A stretch of 64,000 bases of DNA from assembly GCA_001662655.1 (NCBI GenBank), contig KV460251.1. One strand, 5' to 3'. The position numbers and the translations under genes are program-made. Position 1 is the first letter of the stretch. Each line of letters starts with the position of its first letter. The notes under the pieces are model-generated. The model did no database searches. It saw nothing but the letters and a program-made list of their open reading frames with translations, and was not told the origin of the DNA. This DNA is from Pseudogymnoascus verrucosus. Lineage: Eukaryota. This document shows, piece by piece, positions 39,100 through 50,002 of the stretch.

Positions 39100-41725
39100 A
39101 TGATGAGCCCTGTCAATGACGACTTTACGCCCCTGGTGACGGTGGTGGGCTTCCATCATGCGAGGTGCGCAATTGTTGAATGAGTTCTGTTCTTTGCGTT
39201 GGAGCTTACGGTTGCGCAGAGGTCCTGAGGTTGAGTCGTGGTATGGAGCGGATGAGGGGACGGATCCCGCCGAGTTAAATAACTGGCCTCTACTCCCGTT
39301 CATGGCCTTGTCGGATGGGGCACATGCGTAAGAAGCTATTCCTGGCTTGTTATTTGGACTTGCCCTTACTGACACCGGACAGATCCTCTGAGGACTTCTC
39401 CTACTTCACGCTCCTGAAGCCTGGGGTTGATGCCACCCTACCTACCTCCCTCTTCGGCATATCGTGTACGAGACAAATAGCAGCTTCCGAATTATTAGAA
39501 AAATCGGCGGAGGTTACACGCAGTACGGTGCAGAAGGCTGTTGTGGTTATCGCGGACTCCCCACATCTGTTTGGAATGCTGAGGGAAAGGCTAAGCGTGG
39601 TAACAAGCGCATGGTTTGCCCAGAAGGATTTTTCAGAGACGGAGATATTGAAGAGGTTCCAAGAAAGCCTGAAAGATGAAGCGGAAAGAGGAAGGCTAAA
39701 GGAAGAGGTCGACAGGGACCAGTATCTCGGCATGAGCTTGCGACAATTGATCAGGGAGTTCAAGTGGCAGACATTGGTGCTGTTCAAATGCTGCCTGTTA
39801 CAACCAAAGGTTTGTGGATTTTGAGAATCGTTCAGCAGGAAACCTGCTAACGGTTTACATAGATGCTCTTCTTCGGGACTCGGTGTGAGAGGTTGTGCAT
39901 GATGCAATTCTCCCTGATATCGCTCATTCCAGGCTTAATACGAAAGTTACAGGATTGCGCAGATCCTGAACTAGACAGCTATGAGAGAGGCCTCGCCAAG
40001 CCGACAAGCCTGAAAACAAGTGACAGGAACTCGTTACTATCCTACATGGGCCTTCCCTTGCAGATTTTCCCCAAAGGTAGCCTGTTTGGACCATATACCC
40101 CTCTCCAACAATTGGACACTTTGGCCGATTTCGGCACAAAATCATATATCGTCGGATCAACCAATTCGCTCTTGTTGCAACAAAAGGATCGCTATAGTGA
40201 CATACTAATTAATCTTGACGAAATATCTATCAACATAACATCAACCTCGTTAAGAACGGCCCTGAACCTCTCTGTTGCCGACCGTCGTTGGATCGATTTC
40301 ATAACACAATCGGTTAACGATACTTGGGACGATGCAAACCCCGAGCGCCCAAGTACTATGGGATACGTAGGAAGCGAAGAGTTCATACGGCTCCAATTCG
40401 AGGAGTATTTACTGTCCTTAATATCTTCTGTCAAATGTCACAACTACATGACCGCCAATGCAGGAAACCCGAATGTCATGCTCCCGCAACTCGAGGGAGA
40501 CCCCACTTATGATTTTGGATCGGATTGGATTGAGGCATGGGCCCAGACGGAAAATTATAGGATATGGAACAAGAACACAGACAGTCATCTTTTTGACATT
40601 GTCGAGCCAAAGCATCCCTGCGCTGGTGGGTTGACTATCGACGATGTTCAAAGGCGTCTTGCTCAACAAGTCCAAGAGCTTCATCTCGATGAACGATTTG
40701 CGGTGGGAAAAGAGGTTCTGGGGCGCAACCTCGCAGCTGGAAAGGAAAGGGCTAGCGGCGTCTTCAATAAACTCTACAATGACATGGAGTTACTACGAGA
40801 GAGCCAAAGGAGACGTCGTGCCGAGCAGGCGGCTATCCCAGAGCGCAATGAAGTAGCCTCCCCAACAGCTAGACATTTTGTACCAGACTTAACGAAAGCA
40901 CAAGCGGCGGCGGCGAATGTGGGCAGCATGGCTGGTTCATATGTGAGCAGCTGGGCTTCCTGGGCTGGAGAAAAGAAGAAGGGGTGGGGCGCGGCATCTT
41001 CAAAACGAAACTCGGAGGACGTACAAGATATTGATTTCACGCCCAGGGACATTACTCCGAAGGCATCGATAACTATGTCTCGTGATACGGCAAGGTGGAC
41101 TCCTGAAATAAAACCCTCCAGCGCCTCCCCACAAGTTCCAACTACCACTATTTATGAAGAGCTACAACAATCACGACCACAAACACAGGAATCGTACAAA
41201 GAGAGCATTTTTGATGCTGATAGTGCGACTGATGATGAGGAGGCTGCAAGGGTGGTGGGTAGGGAGCCTTCGACTTCTCCAAAGCTTCCAGAGCCCAAGC
41301 CGACAACCGCACTGGACACAGAGCCGTTGGCTGCTGCGAATATTCCAGATTCCAAGCCGATTGCCGCGCTGAACACTGAGTCTTCGGCTGCAACGGACCT
41401 CCCGGAGCCCAAGCCAACGACCACGTTGGACGCGGAGCCAGCGGCAGTCACGAGCCTCCCAGAAACCATGTCAGAGATCCCACTGGACACAAAACCACCG
41501 ACTGCCACGAGCATTCCAGAAACCATGTCAGAAATCCCACTAGACACAGAGCCATCGACTACTGCAAGCCCTCCGGAACCCAAGAAAATAACCATACCGA
41601 CCAAAGAGCCACCAGCTGGACCATTATCTCCCGAGCCAATTAAATCGGCAAGGAGTGATTCAAGCGGCAAGGTGAGCGCGATGAAGCAGCGATTCGAGGC
41701 CGCGGCAGCTGCCAAAAAGAGTTGA
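39100..41725 (+). CDS. AVL9: Late secretory pathway protein Avl9 (DENN-like)
   Basis: VVGFHHAR|GPEVE...LPFMALSDGAH, SLFGISCTRQI, RSTVQKAVVV, GLPLQIF, PYTPLQQL, GSEEFIRLQFEEY; three introns (~39165-39220, ~39328-39381, 39810-39862). Confidence 0.93.
41285..41610 (+). repeat. Coding tandem repeat in Avl9 C-terminus, ~6 x 57 nt (LPEPKPTTALDTEPxAAxx-like)
   Basis: Units start at 41285, 41342, 41399, 41456, 41513 and 41570. Confidence 0.85.
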
Positions 41726-42164
41726 TGTAGCCTCATCGATATGGGTGTAATTTAGACAACCTGAATAGACAACTGTCCACCCAAGATTTTATATTTGAAC
41801 ATTTTAATTTTAACTTAGCTGTATATTTGTACATAGATCCGTCACAGTATTTCCCAGCCAGCGAAGGTCGGATATGCGCAAGCCATAACTATACGACTTG
41901 ATACCAAAATCCGGGTATAATTTAAATATATTATATATAGCACGTATACCGTGAAGCTAATTTCATCAATTTCGAGACCCGAGTCGTGATCTTGGTTTTG
42001 GTGGTGACGGATAAATCTGATTACCAACGCTATGATTTGTCAGCCGACGAGCTTCAACATCGTTGACGACCACGAGCGTCTTTGATGGGAGGATTCCACT
42101 GCATCATTATTTCTATGATATTTTATATGCGATAGGAGCCTTATACAAGGGTAGTAAATAAGTT

Positions 42165-43955
42165 ATGGCTACCGATTTGGCCCCCAATGCGTGCTCTCGG
42201 TGCAAAGGGCTGAAGAAGAAGTGTGACAAAGGTCTCCCTTGCTGTGAGCGATGCACGAGGTAAGGATACCCGCTGCATTATTGCAGAAAAAATCACCCTA
42301 CTTCAATATCTAAATAGATAACTAGGCTCGGTGCGAGGTGTCAATATGATAGTGGCACACAAGATTTGAGGCCGATGCACAGTGCTGCAGACACGAGTGC
42401 TCACAGCCAGCCACACCAGCTGCCAACTCCGCCGAGCATGTCTACGCGCCAGGTCTCACCCGATTTTCAATCAGCGCTTGGTATGTTACAGATTTGTGAC
42501 GACGACGAGAATCTAGGGAGGCAGATAGCTGTTGTGATTGCGAACACCGGCGCTGATGTTGGCATCTTTTGCTCCACCTACTTCAACACACTCCACGAGT
42601 GGTTCCCTATTATTCCCAGCCGTGACATCTACGACCGCATAGCTACGCTTTCGACGGGCCCCAGCCCAGAGTTTGCTATACTAATACTGTGCCTACATCT
42701 GATTACCAAGATTGATCGGACAAATTGTGATTGTCAAACGATGATGCATTTCTACCTGACAGCAAAGCGACTCTATTCCCTCGTTAGCTCATCAGGTCGA
42801 ATGTCGAAAGAGCTAGTTCAAAGCGGGATTCTTCTTGCTCTTTATGAATATGGCAATGCAATTCCTGACACAGCGTACGTAACACTAGCTGGGCCAGCGA
42901 GGATGGCGTTGCTTCTGGGCTATGATAAGACGGTGTATGAAGGAGGAAATGCTGGAAACATTTCTGACGTTGAAGCCGAAGAACAGCGGTGTATTTGGTG
43001 GTGTATTATCACCCTTGAAAGGCAAGTCATTCCTAAGCTGTGGGGTATGTTTTCTGACTCTGTGGCAGGGTAATGCGCATGGATCATATGGAGAGACAGC
43101 TCCCTTTTATCACTGCATCGCCAACACTCTGTTCGTTTCTTCCTTCCACTTCAGGGGCTAAGATTGCCCTTGGAGTAGGCTTGAAACTTCCAGGAAATCC
43201 CTTCCAGAACTCTGGTCCAGAAACGCGACTTAAGACCTTTGCTCTAGTCGCCCAATCTATTTATTTTCTGGATCGTGTCATTGAACATATCAATACTACC
43301 TATGAGGAGGTAAACCGAAAGCCAGAAATCACTGCTCAACTAGATGAAGCGATCAGAGCTTTTTGCATGACTTTATTAGAAGAGAAACACTATGATCGAA
43401 CTGGGCACTGCTGGCCACATGCTACGTGTTTGAGGTACGTTTCCCGCAATCAATGAATATGCAGGTGCTAACCATCATAGTGCCTTATTATTCCTTTCCC
43501 GCGATGCTCTAGAAGTGAGAGACGGAACTTACAAGTACGAAGACTCATGTCGTGCGATATTATCTCTTCGTTCAATCATTCGAATCACTCTAGAAGGCGT
43601 CAAGTCAGGGTCTTATACGACACAGACTGCCGTTGAACTTGTCCCAATTTGGGGTTTGCATTGCATTTATTTGGCGGCTACGAGCCACACTGAGTTTGGC
43701 GACAAAACCAATGAAAAAGAGTGGGAAGAAGACCTTGAGTGTCTTCATCAAACATTATCGTGGTACAAGTCGAAATGGATGCTTGCTGGTTCGTATATTC
43801 CAATCAGAGCTAATAGCATACAACCCCTCTAATATCGAATCTTAGGATGCTATTTGGACTGCTCTAAGATGGCCACTCGTATAATCAAAGACATGGACAC
43901 CGGATACCATAATGAGGATCCAAGCGAGCTGTGCAGCGGGCCCGGGTTACGATAG
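42165..43955 (+). CDS. Zn(II)2Cys6 transcription factor
   Basis: ACSRCKGLKKKCDKGLPCCERCTR|LGARCQY; YFNTLHEWFPII; EEQRCIWW. Introns 42260-42325, 43022-43068 (GC-AG), 43436-43480 and ~43789-43845; TAG at 43953-43955. Confidence 0.88.
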
Positions 43956-44017
43956 TGAGACGACATTTAATTCATCTAAGGCCTAGTGCCATGCTAATAT
44001 TCACAAGGATAAGATAA

Positions 44018-44671
44018 CTATTTCTCTTCGGTATCCTTCTTGGCCTCGAGCTTCGTCACCAGCTCCCCATAACCCTTCAAGATCAGGTCCTTGCTTTCGC
44101 CGTTGCTCCACGCCTCCTTTGCTGTCTCGTGTAGCTCCCCAGTCATCGCACTCATGAGACCTGGCGACATGTTGCGGTTGTTCTCGTCCCTCTCTGGGAA
44201 ACTCAACTGTGGCTTTGTCTCGGCGACTTGGAGCTTCATTCCTTCGAGCGTCTTGACGAGCGCGTCGGATGACGCAGAGCCACCGAAGATTCCGTAGGTT
44301 ACGACGAGAACCGGCTTGCCAATCCAGGCGTGATACAGGAAGTCGATGGCGTTCTTGACGCCACCAGGGATTCCATAGTTGTACTCAGGGGAGACCAATA
44401 TGTACCCATCGTACTTTTGGATCTCATTTGTCCAGTCTTTGCTGTGCTGGTGCTTGAATTCGCCATAGGCGGGAACCATGGCGGGTAGAAGTGCCTCATC
44501 GAAAACTGGGAGGTTGAAGTCTTTTAGGTCGATAAGGGTGAAAGTGGGTGCTGGTGAAGAGCTGGCAGCGCCGCCCTCGACGATGGACTTGACGATCCCG
44601 GCGACATGTGGGCCGATGCGGGCAGCACGGGTTGACCCGATGATTATTCCGATGCTCTTGGGGGCCGACAT
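44018..44671 (-). CDS. NADPH-dependent FMN reductase / flavoprotein quinone reductase (Lot6-like)
   Basis: IIIGSTRAARIG and SPEYNYGIPGGVKNAID flavodoxin-fold motifs; ATG 44671 lies downstream of a T/A-rich TATA-like element. Confidence 0.92.
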   Translation of the reverse strand: MSAPKSIGIIIGSTRAARIGPHVAGIVKSIVEGGAASSSPAPTFTLIDLKDFNLPVFDEALLPAMVPAYGEFKHQHSKDWTNEIQKYDGYILVSPEYNYGIPGGVKNAIDFLYHAWIGKPVLVVTYGIFGGSASSDALVKTLEGMKLQVAETKPQLSFPERDENNRNMSPGLMSAMTGELHETAKEAWSNGESKDLILKGYGELVTKLEAKKDTEEK

Positions 44672-46095
44672 TGTGGACGTTGGTGTAGATAGGGGGATAT
44701 TTGGGGTTGTCAAGGTATAAAGGCGGCTGGAGGTTGGAGAAGAGCGCGGTTTAAAGTCAGGAGTGTTCGATTTGGAGGATGTTAATTGGGAAATGTACAC
44801 TCATCACTACGTTGTCTACCTTTATATATACGTCCCATCTACGTTTCTTACTTCCCTCGGACAGCAGAAGCTTCGTCTCCATCGAACTCGAACTACTGTG
44901 ACCAACACAGCCCATCGTTTGATTTCAAAGCACTAAACCTCTTATTTCTCCATATCTCCACACTCTGAATCGCCATGTACTAATTCCACCCTTGGGAAAG
45001 GCTAAATCTACATTTTTTGGTGATACCAAAAAGGGGCTGCTGTGACCTTGGGTGGCCAAAAGAGCGTAGGAGACTGTCAACGTCGGGGGGCGGCCGACCG
45101 TCACTGCACGAGCGGCCCCGACCCCGACCCGACCCACGCTAATGCCGACCCAAACCGCCAAATATGGGGCGTTATATGATAAATGCACCAGGCTTTCAGT
45201 TATAAAGCTTTAAACCCCATACTTATTAAAACGTGCGAAACCTCCGAGCGTATAAATTTGCCCATATCAGTCAATATTGCGCCATCAGCGAGCATGGACT
45301 CCACGCCAGGTCTGATCGGGGCGGGGAACCATGGCGTCGGCCGTAGGGTTTCCACTTATCGATTGATGAATTGGCGGCAATGAAACGTTGAACTTGCTGC
45401 AGGGGCAGATCAGGCATTAACTCTCGCCTGGAGCCAATGTTGGATATCCTAACCGAGAACAAGCGCCGGTTCAGCTCACGGCGATTTAACTCGTTCAAGG
45501 TGTTTGTTGTATATTTTCCCATTGGATATATCGTACGGACACGGAGTGTATCCAGGTGTCTCATCCTCACAGGAATGGAGTATCCCAATGTCCGAAGTTC
45601 TAGGGAAGACTGAAGCCGTCAGGTATTACAGGAAGTCAGGGCCGTAGGGGTTTCAGGCGCGGGTTCCTTGATCTTGGTAAGCACTGTGCATCCCTTTATA
45701 AGCCTTTGCTGGTTACTCAAGAAGAGGAAACAGGTTGGTATTGGCCGTAAGACTAGCCTCGAGAAGAGAACGAAAAATTGTTCTTACATACGAGATATAA
45801 TGGGAGACCCACCAAGTAGCATCAAGTCATACAAGCAAGCTGTTGTATGCCAGGAAGTGTTGTGGATACGAGGACAACGAGTAACTATTAAGAGTTAGGT
45901 TGGCTACCCAAGAGCATAGGCTTTGCGTAACCTTGCAATCACTGACAGCACTTATAGTTACCCCTCACCACGTTTATGTTCATGAAAGCCAAGCGTGTCT
46001 GTGAAAGAAGAACTATATTGTATGTTTATTTCTCATTGAAATTCATGATCTATGCTCAAAGGCTACTTCTGGCTTGCCGACACAGCCATCTCCCA

Positions 46096-46886
46096 CTAAT
46101 GAGCCGCGGCAACAACTCTATCATTCTCCTCCAACACTTCCTTAATTGCCTTCCTTGAAGCGACAGCCTTATGCCACCTGACATAGTTAGGATACTTCTT
46201 CTCCAGCTCCTCAATAGCGAATTCGCCCTTGAAGACCGCTTGGAACCGATAATCCCAAGCGATGAACGATATATCGGCATACGTGCACTTATCGCCAACA
46301 AGATAGTCCCTCCCTTCAAGCGCGCGGTTCAGCACATCATATACACGGAGAACCTGGTCCTTGTACCGCTGCTGGGCAGTGGGAAGCTTCTCCTGGTGGT
46401 ACTTTTCGAACCACATCGCCTGTCCGAAGTACGGCCCCTGTCCACTGACTTGGAAATGCAGCCATTGCTTCACCTGGAACTTCTCGGGGACGGTGTCGTA
46501 CGTCAGCGAATTGGACTTGTCATAGGTCTCGATGAGGTATTCGATGATGGCACCGGATTCCCAGAGGGTGACGTTTGTGTTTGGATCCTCGATGGCGGGG
46601 ACACGGCTGTGACGTGTTAGCAGAAGAGATACCATGGGAGTCCGAAAAACATACCCGTTGATGCAGAGTTTCTCGTATGGCTCCTTCTTGAGCTCGGGGA
46701 AGGTCAAAAATTCGGTTTTATAGGGAACATTCAACTCGGCCAGGATCATGGCAACCTTCCATGGGTTGGGGCCCCCGGCTTCATGGTGTTAGCAGGCACA
46801 ATGGTGGTGGCTATGGCTTATCACGACTTGGAGAACTTGCCATGAGAGTAGAGGGTAATTGGCTTGAGATCCTTGTTTTGAGCCAT
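46096..46886 (-). CDS. Glutathione S-transferase (Ure2p-like class)
   Basis: MAQNKDLKPITLYSH|AGGPNPWKVAMIL...NG|RVPAIED...LWESGAIIEYL...QWLHFQVSGQGPYFGQ...YLVGDKCTYAD; introns 46779-46840 (GC-AG) and 46607-46654. Confidence 0.95.
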
Positions 46887-47047
46887 GGTGAAAAGAGGTT
46901 GATGTTATTAACGATGATTTAGTTGGTTTACTGACACGATACAATCGACTTGGGCTGTGTTATACAAAAGGCAGGTCTACATCGAGATAATACGGTCTAT
47001 TTAAGTTACCCCACAGAATCAAAATATGAAAACGAAATATTCATAAG

Positions 47048-47546
47048 TTGGTAACGAAGGGATAACTAATGATTTACAAATCCTTGGTTTGAAAGCAATG
47101 CCCCCACAACGCCCTCTACTGAACACACTCACGTCCTTCATATGCAGGCACAGGCAAGAAAGGCACCCGACAGACGATCCGGCTGCTGGATAGTGAGGGG
47201 CCGTTATGGCCCGAGGGGCAAGACGAGAGAGCGAGAGGCCACGAGTTGGTAAAAGCTCCAGTAAGTGGACCTGCGCCGTCTAAGGAGGCGTCAAAACTGA
47301 GCCGGGTATTGTTAGAGCCGTGGATAATACGCAGGCACCCGAGTCGTGAATTGGATCTAGTTGTGGATCTTTGATGTGCTTGTTTATTTTCCCAATATCA
47401 ATGTGGGGAAATTGAGGCTCGCTTACAAATATTCTAAATCATAATTACCAAATCGACGGGACATAGAGCGACGTTGATTACAAACATTAGGGGCCATTGG
47501 TGCTGCTCGGAAAGTCCGAAGACCGAGGCCGATGGCGGGTTGGTAA
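47048..47546. promoter_or_regulatory. Cluster of seven TTAC(A/C)AA motifs upstream of the GST (bZIP/Yap1-like elements)
   Basis: TTGGTAA at 47048, 47246 and 47540; TTACCAA at 47445; TTACAAA at 47074, 47423 and 47478. Confidence 0.5.
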
Positions 47547-47723
47547 CTTGAGAGGTTTTTGACTATCCCGACTCAGATTCATGCAACGGTGAAGTTGGTC
47601 AATTCGATACGTTCACACTGTGGCAAATAATCTCAATACGGTAACTGTCACAGCGGCAACTGGGCAAATGCCGGGTATATCATGGTTTCATTCCCTAACC
47701 ACTAAGAGTACATCTATACCGTA

Positions 47724-49178
47724 TCATATCTCAGTTTTAACATCTATGGCCTCGCCCTCCGCATTGTCCTGCGGTTTAGCCCCACGGGTCACCCGTCGTG
47801 GCTCCGCCTCTTTCTCCGCCTCTTTCTCCTCCTTGGCTTCCCCATCACCACTTTCCACACTCGCATCACTCGTGAAACTGCTCGTTGGGTGAATTTCCCT
47901 CTTCGCGAGTTCCGGGGTAGTGCTCCTCGACTCCTCCTTTTCACTAGCGCTGGCGGCGGATAAAGAGCTGACGCTAGTCGCTGGCCGTAGTTCCCTTAGA
48001 CCCCGTGGAGTCGTAGCGGTAGACGTGCTTAAGTTGCTGCTTGGCCTCTTCTTCCTGCCCGCTGTTGATGAGGCTGTGCTGCTGCGACGGCTATGGGTCG
48101 TGCTTCCACCGCCCTCATCTTCTCCCCTGGCACTAGGCGTAGGAGTGTTACTCCTCGAGTTCGTCCTCGAATGGCTCCCAGAACGCACACTTCCGCTTCT
48201 GAGCCTCTTCTCCTTGTCCGCTGGTAAGCCTAGGTGACCCATTCTATGAACGCTCTGATTATGGTGATGGCCGTGCTTCTCGATATCCTTCGCCGTCAAA
48301 ACCGGTTGCACACCAAGTAATTTTTTCCACCAACTTTGTTTCTTGGCGTGCTCGCGCTCGTACTTCCGGAGCTTCTGGAGGAGGACTCGCCTCCGCTCGT
48401 TCTCGCGCTCCCAGTATTCCGTGCGGTAAAGGTCCCAGTTTTCGCGGAAAGTGGGCGAGAATGGCTTGGGTAGTAGTAATAATGATATGGTGTCACCGCC
48501 GGGTGAGAGATCTTCTTCATGTCCTTTCGATGGGACGTGTTCGGCAATATTTGGTAGTCCGCTGGTAGAATTGCGGTTTGACTGCGGTGTTGGGTTGGCT
48601 ATGGAGGGTGGTATGTAGCGATAGGTTGAGGAGCCGTTGTTGAGTAAGAGACCCGAGGAAAAGAAGAACGAAAAAGTTGACATCCATTCTTTCCACCAGG
48701 GCCCTTTGACCACGACAATCTTGTAATTGAATCCTCTGAGGCCGCGGTTTGTGACTCCAACCCACCGGCGGGGCCATCGAATTCCTCGCTCCCACTGTCC
48801 TGTCCCCCAAACCAGTACCGCAGTAACAACTCCGCCCATCAAGCAGACCTTCTCCGCCACCTCTACCACCCAGTATACAGAGCCTCCGACACCACTTCCA
48901 TCTTCTCTAGGCGCCAGAAACAAGGCGTAAGCGAAGTATCCCGTCCAGAGTGCGAGGAGGGTAAGAAAGAACGTGTGCTGTCGCCGCCGTGCGCGAAGCT
49001 CGAGGTATTGTGCGCGCAAAGACGCTTCGAGGATAAGAAGATTTAGGTATATCTGTGGCGGGGAAGATGGCAGATGTGCGAGAGGGTCAGCGACCCCAGA
49101 GGCGGTTGTCGTATCCGCTGCGGGCGCGTCGCCTTGTGGTGCGCCCTTGATGATCTGGTCAAGCCTCGTTTCCGACAT
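47724..49178 (-). CDS. SPO7: Nem1-Spo7 phosphatase regulatory subunit Spo7
   Basis: PQIYLNLLILEASLRAQY, two TM helices, NRGLRGFN, FRENWDLYRTEYWERENERR. Confidence 0.92.
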   Translation of the reverse strand: MSETRLDQIIKGAPQGDAPAADTTTASGVADPLAHLPSSPPQIYLNLLILEASLRAQYLELRARRRQHTFFLTLLALWTGYFAYALFLAPREDGSGVGGSVYWVVEVAEKVCLMGGVVTAVLVWGTGQWERGIRWPRRWVGVTNRGLRGFNYKIVVVKGPWWKEWMSTFSFFFSSGLLLNNGSSTYRYIPPSIANPTPQSNRNSTSGLPNIAEHVPSKGHEEDLSPGGDTISLLLLPKPFSPTFRENWDLYRTEYWERENERRRVLLQKLRKYEREHAKKQSWWKKLLGVQPVLTAKDIEKHGHHHNQSVHRMGHLGLPADKEKRLRSGSVRSGSHSRTNSRSNTPTPSARGEDEGGGSTTHSRRSSTASSTAGRKKRPSSNLSTSTATTPRGLRELRPATSVSSLSAASASEKEESRSTTPELAKREIHPTSSFTSDASVESGDGEAKEEKEAEKEAEPRRVTRGAKPQDNAEGEAIDVKTEI

Positions 49179-49799
49179 GATGCGCTGTGCCTATATGCAA
49201 GACGCAGGTATCGAGTTGGGCCGTTCGGAGGAGGTGCTATTGCAGCATGGCCGTCGCAAGAAAGAATCTCTCGTATCCTCGGCTTTCGCTCGTCTCACTA
49301 CGTCGCTCGCAGTCGCCAGGAAATAGTTCTGCAGTGGATCAAAGAGTGCGCTTTCAATTCGAACAACTCTCAGCACGTCGAAAATATTCACTGCTGCATA
49401 AATAAAGCAAAAAATCAGTACATAGAGGTAGGGACGAGCGTCATAGAGGTGCTCTCTATAGTTATCCTTGTCCGAGTTTAAGCTTCGTGATGGGGCGGAG
49501 ATCGGATAAACTATCGGGGCCTAAATGCGGCCGCATCCATGAAGTTCGGGGTTTCCGGAGGCTCTTTTGTCCGACAATGACACGTGCAAGGGTGCATGGA
49601 CCCCAATTGATTGGACACCCCGCCTCCTTTGAAGGCCAGGCAGGCGCGGATTGTGTCCACGTACCACGGTCAGCGGCCTTAACTTAAACCCAACGGACAT
49701 AACGAAAAATTAGCCACAAGGCACACCGTTGAGCTACGTTTCGGAGAAGAACGAGACTTGATAAGCCCGCGCAGTGTGCATAGTACGCATACACTATAC

Positions 49800-49817
49800 A
49801 TATATATATATATATAT
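49800..49817. repeat. (TA)n microsatellite
   Basis: About 9 TA units in the divergent SPO7/lipase intergenic region. Confidence 0.85.
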
Positions 49818-50002
49818 TTCCGGTAGTTGCGATTGAGTGACGGGTAACGCTGTCTCTCAGTCGCGCCACCCTTCCGTCATTCAAGTTGTATCCCAACACG
49901 GCGCTGTTGCTGCGCTCAACAACTTGTGACACAGTAGCCCTTCGTCACCTCTCGAGCCTCATAGTTTCTCCCACGACACAAAAACACCAAACCTACTCCT
50001 CA

